This document shows, piece after piece, positions 24,135-37,370 of a stretch of DNA of 64,000 nt (position 1 is the first letter of the stretch; the number at the start of each line of letters is the position of its first letter). The notes under the pieces were generated by a model. That model was not told the DNA's origin. It searched no databases and saw nothing but the letters and a program-made list of their open reading frames with translations. Location of the stretch: positions 930,848 to 994,847 of the forward strand of contig MU054220.1 in assembly GCA_013239625.1 (NCBI GenBank), in the 5' to 3' direction. The position numbers were made by a program, and so were the translations under genes. The stretch comes from Lama guanicoe (lineage: Eukaryota).

Positions 24135-24961
24135 GGAATCTTCTGTTAAAAGCTAAAAGATGATGTAACATCTATAGAAATTGATTGACTTTTAAGAGCC
24201 CAAGGTAACACTGTAGTAAGTAAGCTGTTGCTTCAATTCCTATTTTTCTGTTCACTTGTGAATTTCAGCATCCTATCATATGTTTCTGGGCCATTTTGAT
24301 GTATCCTTCCTTTAATTGTTTGTTTATATTTATATTCATTTTATTAGTTAATTGCTTAGAGATATTTGTCTATTTTAGATATTAACTCTGTATATACCCT
24401 CTAAAATGTAAACCTTTTCTACAAACTACTTTTGTTTATTGGTATTTGGTAACTTTTCCTAAATCCATACAAAATTTTGAAATTGTCAAATGTATCTATA
24501 TGGGATTTTAATGATTGGTTAAGAAGATTCTTCCACTCTAGAATGTAGAAAGTTACCTCCTTTATTAACTGGAAAGTAAATAGGAAGTAAAACTTGCTTT
24601 ACTTTTGTATTACACCTCTAATAAATTTTTATTTTTGTAATAGGTATTAACTATATGTACAATTTAATTGGCTTCCAGATGCAAAGCTAGTTGTGGCAAC
24701 TCATTTATGTAATAATTTGTCCTTTTCCCACATATGTCCCTAATCACTTGCCTCTGCAACAGTCTATACAATTGTTGAGTTGAGGGATGATGTTTTAATC
24801 AGATTTGTATTATAATTTCTGAAAGTACGGGAGCATAATAGACTATACTGCCTATTGGTTGAAAAAACAAATTATCTCAGGATTTCAGGAAGTCACTAGT
24901 AATAAATATATTTACAGGTAATTTTGTCTTGAGCTTTGAAATAAGACATATAGAAAAATCT

Positions 24962-25874
24962 ATGGAACAAAGGAGGAATGTGACTGAGTTTGTCCTCTTG
25001 GGGCTCACTCAAAGCCTCCAGGGTCAGAAAATATTATTTGTTGTGTTCTTGCTCATCTACATGGTGACAATGGTGGGCAACCTACTCATTGTCGTGACTG
25101 TGGTGGTCAGCCCAACTCTAGATGCACCTATGTACTTCTTTCTTGGCTATTTATCATTTATGGATTCTGTTTATTCTACTACAGTCACCCCAAATATGAT
25201 TGTAGATTTACTCTGTGAGAAGAAAACCATTTCATTCCAAGCCTGCATGACCCAGCTTTTTATAGGGCACTTATTTGGTGGTGCTGAGATTTTACTCCTG
25301 GTGGTCATGGCTTATGACCGCTACGTGGCCATCTGCAAACCCTTGCATTATTTGACGATCATTAATAAGCGAGTGTGTGTTCTGCTGCTGCTCTTGGCCT
25401 GGGTTGGTGGGTTTTTACATGCTGTAGTTCAACTTCTCTTTGTTTACAACCTTCCCTTCTGTGGCCCCAATGTCATTGACCACTTCATCTGTGACATGTA
25501 CCCCTTGTTAAAACTTGCCTGCACCCTACATTATTGGCCTCACTGTGGTTGCCAATGATGGGGCAATCTGTGTGGTCATCTTTATGCTCTTGCTCATATC
25601 CTATGGGGTCATCCTGCACTCCTTGAAGAGTCTTAGTCAGGAAGGGAGGCGCAAAGCCTTGTCCACCTGTGGCTCCCACATTACTGTGGTGGTCCTCTTC
25701 TTTGTCCCCTGTATCTTTATGTATGTGAGACCTCCTTCTACCTTACCCATTGATAAGTCTTTGACTGTGTTTTACACAGTTATCACCCCTATGTTGAACC
25801 CTCTAATCTATACTCTGAGAAATGGAGAGATGAAACATGCCATGAAAAAGCTCTGGACCAGAAAAAGAAAATGA
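24962..25874 (+). pseudogene. OR4A-subfamily olfactory receptor pseudogene with a single frameshift
   Basis: Starts [17 protein letters not shown] and is intact to KLACT. A 5-bp deletion near 25525 follows (gcctgcaccctacatt vs expected ACTDTYI). The downstream frame has KALSTCGSH and [12 protein letters not shown]. Confidence 0.93.
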
Positions 25875-27241
25875 GACAGCAGGGAAATGTATCACTTATT
25901 TTCTATGAAAAGTTGCTCTTTCCAAGTTAGCCGTGCATGATTATTTAGCTGTAGTAAATTTCTCCTCAGGTTTAATAACTTGTGCATGATGAAAGACATT
26001 TTTTATGTGAATACTTCCAATGATCAAAACATATTTTTAAGATTTTCATAATTTTTGAGTTCAAAGCATATATTTTATATGAAATATATTTTTAAGATTT
26101 TTACAATTTCCTATGAAAATATGCATAGCTTTTGGTTGTAAAATGTCTCTGTTGAGACTACTGATTTCTGTTCTATGTGATGAGTTAAGCTATAGTTAAT
26201 ACTGTAAATATATTTTAGTTAGTGGAAGATTTTTTCATGTTTCTGTCTTAATTAATGTAATCTTTCCAGAATTAATAGAGTTCATTACAGATTTTGGAAA
26301 AATAATATAAGAAATAATACATAAAAACTTGGTTCACTCCTCCCTACACAAAGACAGCCCATATTAATATTTGAAGCATCTGTTTTATTTCTGTATCTGC
26401 AAGATATTTTTATGTATTCTTTTGCTTTTATTGCTTCGTATGTTAACATCAAAAAAGAGTGATGTTTCAGAGTTGTAACGTTAATCACCAAGAGGCTAAG
26501 TATATTAAAATAATCTGAATGAACATGATGTATGTACATGAAAATAACCAATCTTACTTATTTTTACAATTGGGAAATCATATTATCTCCTCAAGTGGAG
26601 CAGCTTTGTTTGGGGTTACATTTTCATAAAGATGACTCATTAATCTTCCCAGATAGTTTAGACTATCTGATAATATCTCTGCTGTTTTTCAATATCCCCA
26701 TCTCCGTTTTCGCTCATAGTGTTCCACAGCCTTCTTTAGAGACCCAGGCTCTGCCTTTCATCTGTAAATTCATCATAAAGCACAATCTGAGAGCTTCAAA
26801 TATGTACTACAGAACTTGACACCAGGTATTTTGAGTGATATCGTGAAGAGACATGCTGCAGTATATGTCATTCTTATCTCTTTTATTAATGAAATACAGA
26901 TTATTAGGAAGAAGCCAGAATTTGTTCTATTTGGTAGAGATCTCATTAATAAATTCTCTCTTTCTCTGAATAAGGCTTGAAATTAAATATTATCTGCCTT
27001 TAATGCGGTTGGAAGCATGTCGTCAAAGAAACTTACTATTCTACCTCCCTTATTTAGTCTGGATGCATGAGGGGCTAAGGCTAGGGGGCAATGGGTGCTT
27101 TTCACTGATAAATCACACTTTATGAAAAACCTCATATTCTGATTTATATTACTATTGTTATTATACGGATATTTCTTATATTATCTCAAAGCATTTGATT
27201 TGATCAGAATTTAGGGAATGAATTTCTCCCCTTTTGGATGT

Positions 27242-27592
27242 TGCTATAGACTGGAAGTTTGTTTCCCTCTCCAAATTTATAAGTTAAATCCTGTATAATA
27301 TGGTGGTATTTGGAGGTGGGCTCTTTGAGAAATAAGTCATAAGTGTGGAGCCCTCATGAATGGGATTAATGCCCTTATAAGAGAACATTGAGAGCTCACC
27401 TGACCCTTCTGCCACATGAGGACACAGCAGATAGCTGTCTGTAAACTGGGGATGGACTCTCACCAGACATGGAATCTGCTGGCACCTTAATCTTGGAGTT
27501 CTGAGCCTCCAGAACTATGAAAAATAAGTGTTTATTGTTTAAGCCACCCAGTCCATGGTGTTCTGTAATAGCTGCCCAAGTGGACTAGGACA
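27242..27592 (+). mobile_element. MaLR solo LTR (MLT1A-like)
   Basis: TG...CA ends, with ggagccctcatgaatgggattaatgcccttataag, gaatctgctggcaccttaatcttgga and gtttaagccacccagtccatggt. Confidence 0.88.
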
Positions 27593-28499
27593 GAAATTTG
27601 TTAATTTTCAAATTTGTATAATTCTTTCAAGCAATGAGTTACAAAACTTTGCTAATTATCTGTGTTCATTGGACTATAAACACCCTGAAGTCAGGGAAAG
27701 TTATTTAACTGTCTTTATGTTCTCATAATACATGGGACATACAATCCACTCTATAAACTTTGTCAATTACTTGAATTCTTAATCTATTGGAGTGAGAATT
27801 TTTATTGATAAATTTTGTTATGCTGTAATAATGGCTATTTTTATATAAAGATGTTATTCTTATGTTCTTTTATTTTTGATTTTTTCTATCACATCACTCT
27901 TGGAAAATTTATTTCCTTCCACTGATTTTATAAATTTTAACCTTTTTTTTTTAAATAACTTTTCAAAACATTTTATTTTTAACCCATCTAGAATTTAGTT
28001 TTGTTAGTGATTAGGAAATATCTAAGCCTACTTTCCCCAACAGGTAAAATAATCTGACAATATTGTTATAAGTTTCAGTAATAATTTGAAAATTTTCTAT
28101 TTAATATGTCAGGTTTTAGAACAGCTAGAAGTTTCAATTTTAGGGCACTATTTTCTCATCCTCCTTCACCTTCCCCTCCTCCTCTAAATTTTAGGATTAT
28201 TCTGCAAAGTTTGAAAATTTCCCAGAAAAAGATACTTAGAAAGTCATGACTCTACATGTTTATTTTGAGGAAAACATGTTTTAATATCTTGTTTTCTTAT
28301 CCAGAATAAGACACAAATTGTGAAGGATTGATTGATGTCTCAATAAAAATCTGTAATCATCTCTCTAGAGTGCATCTTGCCTTTTGGTTTTCTTAAAATG
28401 AGGGCTTTCTTAATTATATTTAATTTACATTTTCAATGAGCTGGTCAGAAAGGGTTTAAAGTCTTTTGCTGGCATGAATTACAGCACAATCCTCAAAGC

Positions 28500-28850
28500 T
28501 AGGGGCATATGTCTGTATTCAAACATTTATAGGCCTGTGTCCAACAATACACAAGTCTGTATTCCACCACACACTCAGCTCTGTATCCAACCTCATGTGA
28601 ATTTGTATGACCACCCGTATGTGTATATTCAGTGATACGTAAGTCTGTATCCAATTTCATGTATGTATCTATATGTGAACACACATGGGTCTGTATCTGA
28701 CAACACATGGGTCAGTATATGACTACTGTTATGATTGCATGTATGTATGTATATGCATATGTATCTGATATGATCACACACAAGCATGTATCTGTCCACA
28801 TACAGGGCTGCATCTTGCCATTCACTGGTCTGTATCTGACTGTATATGAA
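28500..28850. repeat. Degenerate minisatellite-like tract with a recurring tctgtatc core
   Basis: gtctgtattc, ctctgtatcc, gtctgtatcc and gtctgtatct recur between acaca/tatg spacers. Confidence 0.6.
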
Positions 28851-28854
28851 TTTA

Positions 28855-29150
28855 GGAAGAACTTGATAGAACAATTCTGTTTTGTGTAGCATGGACTGAG
28901 GTCACTCTTTGGTATTCAGTTGACTGATGGACATTTAAGAAGGGTCCAAGATGACTTAATTTATATGAATGGAGCCTTGGTAGAGATGACTACAGGACTG
29001 GGCTCTTCTGGGTCTCTTTCTTCTCGATGTAGATATAGGGTAATGGAGACAATGTCTGCCCAGTCAGGTTGTCAGACTTGTAAAATGACAGTTCAGGGCC
29101 CCGAGACAGAAGAGGCAAAAGCTATCAGGCCAGTTAAGTCTCATCCCATC
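28855..29150 (-). mobile_element. Old MaLR LTR fragment (MLT1-type)
   Basis: gaagggtccaagatgacttaatttatatg..ccttggtagagatgact..gtcagacttgtaaaatgacagttcagggc resembles MLT1 antisense. Confidence 0.55.
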
Positions 29151-29189
29151 ATGACATAAGATTGAAGTCCAGGATATCAAGTTTTAAAT

Positions 29190-29628
29190 TCAGACTGCTC
29201 TTCACATCCAAGGAAGCAACAAAATGAAAAGATAACTTACAGAATGGGAGAAAATAGCTGCAAATCTTGTATCTCATAAGGAGTTAATATCTAAGAAATA
29301 TAAGGAACTTTTACAACTCAAGAGCCAAAACCCAAAAAACTCAATTTAAAATGGGCAAAGAACTTGAATAGGTATTTTTCCAAAGAAGATATACAAATGG
29401 TCACTAGAAACATAAGAAGGTGCTCAACATCACCACCGATTAGGGAAATGCAACTCATAACAAAAATGAGATACCACCTCACACCTTTTAGGATGGCTAT
29501 ATGGGATTTACAGGAGAAATTAAATGCTTGTGAGGATGTAGAGAAAAGGGAACTTTACTATCCAGGTGGTGGGAATATAAATTTGTTCAGCCACTATGGG
29601 AAACATTATGGAGGTTTCTCAAAAAACT
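29190..29628 (+). mobile_element. LINE-1 ORF2 C-terminal fragment
   Basis: Translates [36 protein letters not shown] (ORF 29364-29648). Confidence 0.9.
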
Positions 29629-31084
29629 TATTTTTTCTGACAGAATAGCCCAGGAGATTTCTGAAAACCCAAATTTCAGCCCTGGCTGAAATTTATTCTC
29701 AATTGGTATCTAATCCTCCAGACGTCTAATTTTCTCAGCATAGACTTCTCTCATTGAGAAGTTTGTGGAAGCTCCCAATTTTCTGAGATAAAACTGGAGA
29801 GAGGTAGAGACATGCTTTTAATTAAGGATGAGGCAGCCTTAAGGATAAGCTATTTAAATGACCAAAAGCCTAAAGAGTTCTACTATTACCTGTGAAATGC
29901 TCAGCCACTGGCTATTTCAAGAAGTTAAAATCCCAGAATTTCTCTTGTTAGGTGCAGAGAGAGATCAATGGCCAGAGATATGAATATTAGCCTAAACCCC
30001 CCATCAAAGTAACATAATTTTTGGTTACCTTACCATAATTAACTGAGAACAGACACTTTCAAATAACTAATATCAGTGTTTTTAAATTTTTGAGGTTTGT
30101 TTTTTGTTTGTTTGTTTGTTTGTATCAGCCAATAATGGGCTTGATCAAGTTAATTTCCACTAATTAGGCCAGTTTTCACACAAACAGCAGCTTTGATTTT
30201 CTTTGCAGAAATTTTTGTAGCAGGTAGCAGGTGAGAGTGTTCAACTATCTTTGCACTGTAAATGTTTATGTTGTATTTCAGTGTCTATATTCTAGGCATC
30301 CATGTCAGATGATTCTATATTTACCTAAAAGACTGAGGTGATGGGGAGATTGTGTGAAAATACAGAAAGTGTGACCATTTGAAACTATTTCTAGATCCAT
30401 TGCTCAGCCATACAGTACTATGTGTTCTGTGATCACACATAGATACTTGAAGTATCCGCAGTTACCCTTAGAGAAAGAAGCACTGATCTTTAAAGACAAA
30501 GGAAAAACCCAAGAGGTGAGTTCTTGAAACACTAACAAAGGATAATCACTGAAAATTCATGTGATATGTTGCTAAATATAGCTATAATCTTAAATATCAT
30601 ATATTTTCATTGGAGGAATCTCAGTTGAGAAAATTAAGCTATCAAAACACAGAAACTAATTGGAATATACCAAATGTATTTGGTGTTAGTATTACAAGGT
30701 GAAAGATATTTATTGTCCATTCTTCCAAACGAAAAAGAGAAATGTAATATATTACGAATAAACTAGTGGATTGATAATCTTGGTTTACGGGTTAATTATA
30801 TTTTAAATGATATGTTAATATTTATAATTACTTTTAGATTTTTTAATTAGACAACTTAACATTGTAGATCATGTCAGGTTTGTTAAAGTATAAAGGAATA
30901 TGTGCCTCTTCTGTTCTGGCGGCTTGATATGGGCCTTTATGTGCGGATCTTTATAATTAGCACGGCACCCATGCTTGAACATATTATTCTTTTTATCCTG
31001 AGCTATGTCTATACTTATTATCAAATTAACAAAATCCAGATGATTTGTTCTGATACAATGTTCGTAGTGAAGCTTTAAAAAACA

Positions 31085-31335
31085 TTAATTATCAATATCA
31101 TTTATTGAGCCTTTATGAGGTGCCAGGAAGGGTTCTAGGTGCTTTAATTGCAATAAAATGACAACGCTAAGCGGTAGGCACTATTGAGATCCCCATTCTA
31201 AAAATGATGAAACTGAGGCACAGAGAGGTTTATTAACTTGTCCAAGGTCACCCAGATGGTTAGTGGTGAAGCTGGGATTCCAACACAGGCAATGCAGCCC
31301 CAGAGCTCACATTGTTCACCGCTGTGCTCTGCGCT
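31085..31335 (-). mobile_element. MIR SINE
   Basis: atgatgaaactgaggcacagagaggtttattaacttgtccaaggtcacccagatggttagtggtgaagctgggattc is the MIR core. Confidence 0.9.
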
Positions 31336-32715
31336 CTCTCCAAGGATGCTTGGGATGTTAAATAGGAACACGCTGAATGAGAAACTTATGATCGCTCTTT
31401 GGTCTCTGTAATGTTCAAATCTCATTCTCACTAGCTAGTGTTTCTCCAGCGACAGCGATGAGCGTGAGAAGTTTTGTTTAGTTATGCAAATATGAAAGAA
31501 TTAAAAAAGGCCAGCAGAAGAGAATAAGGCAAGACTCCACTAAAAGTATCACAGATGGTTAGACTCACAAGGGTTCTGAGAGCATCTAGTTCCACCTCTT
31601 TATTCTCCAGTGAGCGCACTGAAACAGACTTGTAATTACATTTAGAAAATGACTCAGACACATGCCTTCTCACACTGAGCTTGGATTTTTCCCTTGCGTG
31701 TGCTGCTGTTTGGAATCCGGGCACTGAAATCCTATTTTTGAGCACTCTCAGTACCTAAGCATTGTAAGTAAAACCATGTCTCATTGTCCTCTGCCTCTCC
31801 TTTCAGTGTCTGTTTTCTCCTCCCTCACTACCTAGCTCACCCCAAGAGTTTTGGGGAAAAAAAATACTAGCCGTTAATCTGCTAATGTAATAGTTGGTGA
31901 TAGTCATGAGTCATTTCAATCCTAAAATATATTCTGAAATATGTCTATATAGTGTATATGTGTTAAGCACTGTGGTATAGGTAAAGATTAAAAGAATTAT
32001 AACTCCTTAAAAACCTGATAGTCAAAGAGACCATGTAATTGCTGCAGGGAACAAAGGACTAAGTCATTTTGCAGTTATTTGATACAGTCCAAATTCCAGG
32101 GTCTTGGACTTCAGTGAGAGATTCACTAAGACCAAACAGCCTTTGAAATGGGAGGGACTGAATATCTAAGAGTTGGATATCATAGTATTAAGGGAGTTAT
32201 TCCAGAAAAGATGTTAGTTTTGATGCTACCTGGGTCTACTGTAAAAGTACTCATTCCAAATACTGCCAACTCAAAGGACTGACTCTATGCCAATTTACTT
32301 AGAGTTTGTGGTCACCACCAGAGAGTGAGTTTCTGGAGAGCAGGGACCCTTACTTGCTTGTCTTTGTTGACTTCTATGTCATGAACTGACCTAGTTTCAA
32401 TAAGGTTCTATTAAAGCTATGACTGCCTGTTGGTCTTTGACTACACTTCTCTATAGAAGATCCAACCTCTTATTTGTGGTCCCAACAGAATCATCTGAGG
32501 AGAAATAGAACTGTCAAGGGAAGGTGTGATGGGCTTTTGGAAGAAGAATTCAATAGATATTTACCAAATGCTTATTGTGTGCAAACCACTGTAGACACAG
32601 ACACACAGATATGCTCGGTAATGTCACAGATACATTCGTAGTCATGTTCACAGTCTCATTACAGGTCTGGGTCTCCTGATCTCTCATCCCTGACACCGGC
32701 CTCGTAGACGACTAA

Positions 32716-33663
32716 ATGGAACATAGCAACAATCTAACAGAATTTGTTCTCCTGGGCCTCACTCAGAATCCTGAGGGGCAAAAAGCATTATTTGTCTTGT
32801 TTTTGCTCATCTACATTGTGACGATGGTGGGTAACCTGCTCATTATGGCGACTGTCTTTGCCAGCCCCTCCCTGGGCTCCCCCATGTACTTCTTCCTTGC
32901 TTGTCTGTCCTTCATGGATGCAGTTTACTCCACTGTCATTTCACCCAAGTTGATTAGAGACTTACTCTGTGGTAAAAAGACAATCTCCTTCTCAGTTTGC
33001 ATGGGACAGCTCTTCCTAGAACACTTATTTGGGGGCTCTGAGGTCTTCCTCCTGGTGGTGATGGCCTATGATCGCTACGTGGCCATCTGTAAGCCCCTGC
33101 ACTACTTAACCGTCATGAATCGGCAGGTTTGCATCCTGTTGCTGGTGGTGGCCTGGGTCGGAGGTTTCCTGCATTCCATGGTTCAACTTCTCTTTGTGTA
33201 CAACCTCCCTTTCTGTGGCCGCAATGTCATTAACCACTTCATCTGCGACATGTACCCATTGTTGGAACTTGCCTGTACTGACACTCACCTTGTGGGTTTC
33301 ACTGTGGTTGCCAATGGTGGAGCAATCTGTATGGTCATATTCATCCTTCTACTAGCATCCTATGGGGTCATCCTAAATTCCCTTAAAACTCACAGTCAGG
33401 AAGGGAGGCGCAAAGGCCTGTCTACCTGCAGTTCCCACATCACGGTGGTGGTCCTCTTCTTCGTTCCCTGTATTTTCATGTATGTGAGACCTGTTTCCAA
33501 CTTTCCCATTGATAAATCCGTAACTGTGGTTTACACTGTCATCACTCCCATGTTGAACCCTTTAATATACACCTTGAGAAATTCAGAGATGAAAAGTGTG
33601 ATGACAAAACTCTGGGATAAAAAGTTAACTATGGGTAGAATTAGAATGTGCCACCCACACTGA
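32716..33663 (+). CDS. OR4A16-like: Olfactory receptor, family 4A, OR4A16/OR4A5-like, 315 aa intact ORF
   Basis: Full 7TM ORF with [37 protein letters not shown] and [12 protein letters not shown]. Acceptor attacag ends at 32664. Confidence 0.93.
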   Translation: MEHSNNLTEFVLLGLTQNPEGQKALFVLFLLIYIVTMVGNLLIMATVFASPSLGSPMYFFLACLSFMDAVYSTVISPKLIRDLLCGKKTISFSVCMGQLFLEHLFGGSEVFLLVVMAYDRYVAICKPLHYLTVMNRQVCILLLVVAWVGGFLHSMVQLLFVYNLPFCGRNVINHFICDMYPLLELACTDTHLVGFTVVANGGAICMVIFILLLASYGVILNSLKTHSQEGRRKGLSTCSSHITVVVLFFVPCIFMYVRPVSNFPIDKSVTVVYTVITPMLNPLIYTLRNSEMKSVMTKLWDKKLTMGRIRMCHPH

Positions 33664-34759
33664 ACACATTTGTCACTAATCCTAAAGCAACAAACAGGCA
33701 GTAAATTCTAACCATGGATGATTTAGTCAATTCAATGGACTCCACAGAGATGCTTTTCTTTGTTTATACAAAAGCATCCAAAAAGTAGAATAAATTGTCC
33801 TTTGAGGTTAGAATCAATCTAATAGAGAAGTTCTGCAGGATGAATAAGAGACACAGCTTTTTGTCCTATTACAAGAAAAAATAAACTAAGTTCACCCTGT
33901 AACTTTATTTTTCACAGTTTATACTAAAATGGGACTATAGAAGGGAGAGTTGTGAAAAACAAGCTAACCTTCAAAATTTTCTTTCACCCAAATTTTTGGG
34001 AAAACAATTGGGCTAATATTTAGAACAAATTTCTGAGGGCCAAAAGAATGGTTTTTAAATTTTAAAGTGTTAAAATTATTTTTTTTGGCACAGCAAATTT
34101 CTGTAGCTGCATAATGCATTCATCTTTAAGATGACTTCTGTTACTCAGGTCAATGTCTTTGAGTTTGTAGTGCAGGATATTCAGATGGGAGAGGTTACTG
34201 TGTTCATTTAAAGATACGATCAGTGAGCTATTTTGTTAGATGGGATGTGGCTGATGATGAAAACAGATTCTGGTTCTTGATTAGAGGATAGAAAACCATA
34301 CTAATCCAAGTTATAATAATCAATATATTTTCACGCTCTTCTTCACTAGTTATTATGAACATCTTTGCCACTCTTCACATGGTAAACAGCATTTCTTATT
34401 TTGTCTTAAAGATACTGAAGATATGGGAAAGAGATGTGTTATTTTGCATAAGCAGTATATTCCCTAAAAGTCATATTCAACTTAAATACTTTTTACTTAC
34501 AGACTTAATAATAATTTGTTTCTGTGTAAACAGAATTTTGTTTTTCAATTTTATGTAAAATTATCAGGTTTTTCTCGGTGTGTAGTCCCTTCTAGAATAT
34601 CTCAAATTAGGAAGAAGATTATTTGGAGTTTCATATTCTTTATTAAAATTATGCTGTGTGGTATGTGGCTTTCTGGATCTTTTACTGACAATGTCAATTA
34701 ACTTTTCTAAGATTTGATCATATGACTGCACATTTCTTTAGTCCCACAATTTCCCCTGC

Positions 34760-37370
34760 TGTATGTTATTCCACGTCTGAATAGACCATCCAGTCAGTGG
34801 TCATTTGGGTTGTTTCCAGTTTTTGATATTGCACATGGTGCTGCTATAAACATCCTGAAAGAATGTCTTTTGTGTTAAGTAGTGTTTACAAGTTCACAAT
34901 CACAGATAGTTGCAATTTTCTTCTAAACCTGTATTATCAGGTGAATTCCTGTCAGCCGTGTGAAGCAGATCCATTAGTCCACATCCCAACCAACACTTGA
35001 TATTGTCAGATGTTTAATGTTTTTGCAAATCTAGTGAGCATAAGACTATGACTGTATTATGGTTTTATTTTTTAATCCTTGCTGCTACTGAATTTGAACA
35101 TATTTGCATGTTTATTAAACATTCATTTTTTTCTCAGGTTCTACTCAACATGTATTCATGCTTTTGTCAATTTTTCTAGTAGGTTGTTTTTCTGTTATCA
35201 TAAATTTATTGGAGTTCTTTATGAATTCTCTGTACTAATTCTTTTTTTGTTTGTATGCATTGCAAAAATCTTTTCCCAGTTTGTGGTTTTTCTTTTCTAC
35301 ATTTCTTTCATATATTTGGATGAATGGGAACTTCTAAATGTAATCAAATTTCTCAGTGTTTATGTGGATTTAAGTTAGCACTTCTATGTCTTTCTTATCA
35401 TATCATTTCTACTGTATGGCCAGAAAAATGTCAATCTATATTGTCTTCTAAAGATTTCAAAAATTTTGCATTTTTTAGTTTCCAATTTTAATCCATTGAA
35501 CATTGATTTTTATATATGCTGTAAAGTGCCCTTTTCATTTTTTTTCCAGTGACGATAGCCAATTGTCTAAGCATCACTTACTGAATAACCCATCCTTTCA
35601 CATATTGAGTTTTCATTCATGTTTGATTCTAGTTCTGGTTTATTTATTACTGTCAACTGATTAATTTTTCTAAACTTGTGTTTATTTATCTAAGTTTATA
35701 ATAATTTTTCATGTCTTATAGGACAAGTCTCTCAACCTTTTTTATGAAGTGAAAAAAGTCTTTGTTTTTCCACATTCATTTTAATTCAGCTTGTCATGTT
35801 GAAAAAAAAGCCATTGGGATTTTTATACTGAAATTGCTCTTGAAGCCACTGACAGTTGAATCTTCCTACCCCATATATAACATAACTCTGCTCCCAATTA
35901 GGCCTTTGAAGTTCTTTAAATTTGAAAAAATTCACAAATATTCTTTCATATTTTTAATAAATGCCTTTCTATGTATTCTTGTTCTAGTCCACAGCATTAC
36001 TGAACATAGATTTTTATAAATATTTCTAACTTTTTATAAGCAAAATTATATCTTATTTTAAGTCAACAATTTGCTTTATTTACTTAATAATGAAGTATTT
36101 TGCCATTGGTACATTTTTATGAATTGCTTTTTCATATATTTTATCTAATTTAATTGGCATGTTCAAAATGTTTTATTGGCTTAGGAAAGATCTTATATAT
36201 TATAGCATAAAACAAAGAACTTCTAGACAGTGTTTTGGTAGTGTGAAAGTATTATACTTTAACTTTTAATGTTGTCGATCACTATTATCAGAGTTTGTGC
36301 CTTTTTAACATCAAGATTATACAACAATTTATAAATTTTTTTCTACTTTAATTATGTCTTTGTATTTTAAAGCATTAAGTACACATATATGCATCTATGT
36401 GTGTGGGAGATTTTACAGAAAGAAAATGTATGTGTATGTTTGTGTGTGTGTACATGTATAAAGAATTTAAATCTACTTTGCAAACGGTTATGTTACCTTA
36501 AAACAAAATTTTCAACAAGTTTCCAAAAACCTTACCTACTTACCTAATTTGATATGTCATGTTTACTATATTTAATGTCCAAATGCTTTTGTATTTATTT
36601 CTAGGATATTTTCCTTTGACCAGTTGCTTATTCCTAAGCCAATACTCCATTTCTTTTTAGTTCTTATAAGTAGGTTTTAATATCTGTTAAGAGGCTTAAA
36701 ACTCAATACTCTTATTAAAGACAAGTTTTTGTGTTTTGAACAATTATTTCTCATGTAAATGTTAGAATAATTTCAGAAGTTGTAGAAACTATGAAAATTT
36801 TGCCTGACAATATATTAAATGTCAAATTAATTAGGAAAATAATTGATGTCTTGTTCACATTGAATCATTCTCCATGGAAACATGAAAATATCTGTGTTTA
36901 CTTAGGTCTTCTTTGATATTCTTCAATAATTCCTTTGTTTTCATCTTAAGGGTCTTTCACATCTTTCTTTTTTTACATATATTTTATAATTTGGATTACA
37001 TTTATGAAAAACATTCTTTCCACTTTCTATTTTCTAAATAATTATAGCTAGCATTCAAGGAAATAACTAATAAATATTTATCAGTTTACTCTTGAAATCA
37101 GCCACTTTACTGAACTCTTATTTAGTATGAAAGATCTTCAGTTAACTCTTTTGGATTTGCTAGAAAGATAACGGTATCTTAATGATTTTTCTTTCTAATA
37201 ACTTTCTTTAAATATTTTATATCACATTTCTCCTTAATATATTATTATATTACTTGATATAGGAAAACATGGGGTAATGACTGTGAATAGAGAAATCTTG
37301 ATTCATTTTTAGCTTCAGTGGGGATGCCTTGGTATTTTCCCATAAAAAATTTGTTCATTAAAAATTATCA
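34760..37370 (-). mobile_element. Highly decayed old LINE-1 (L1ME-type) fragments
   Basis: gtggtcatttgggttgtttccagttttt..gctgctataaacatcc, ccacatcccaaccaacacttgatattgtcaga and similar antisense L1 motifs. Boundaries are rough. Confidence 0.6.

Noticed and set aside
24929..24961. N-terminal extensions in the ORF track (also 43997-44083)
   Set aside because: TTG starts. The canonical ATGs are at 24962 and 44084, and the 43997 extension crosses a splice acceptor.
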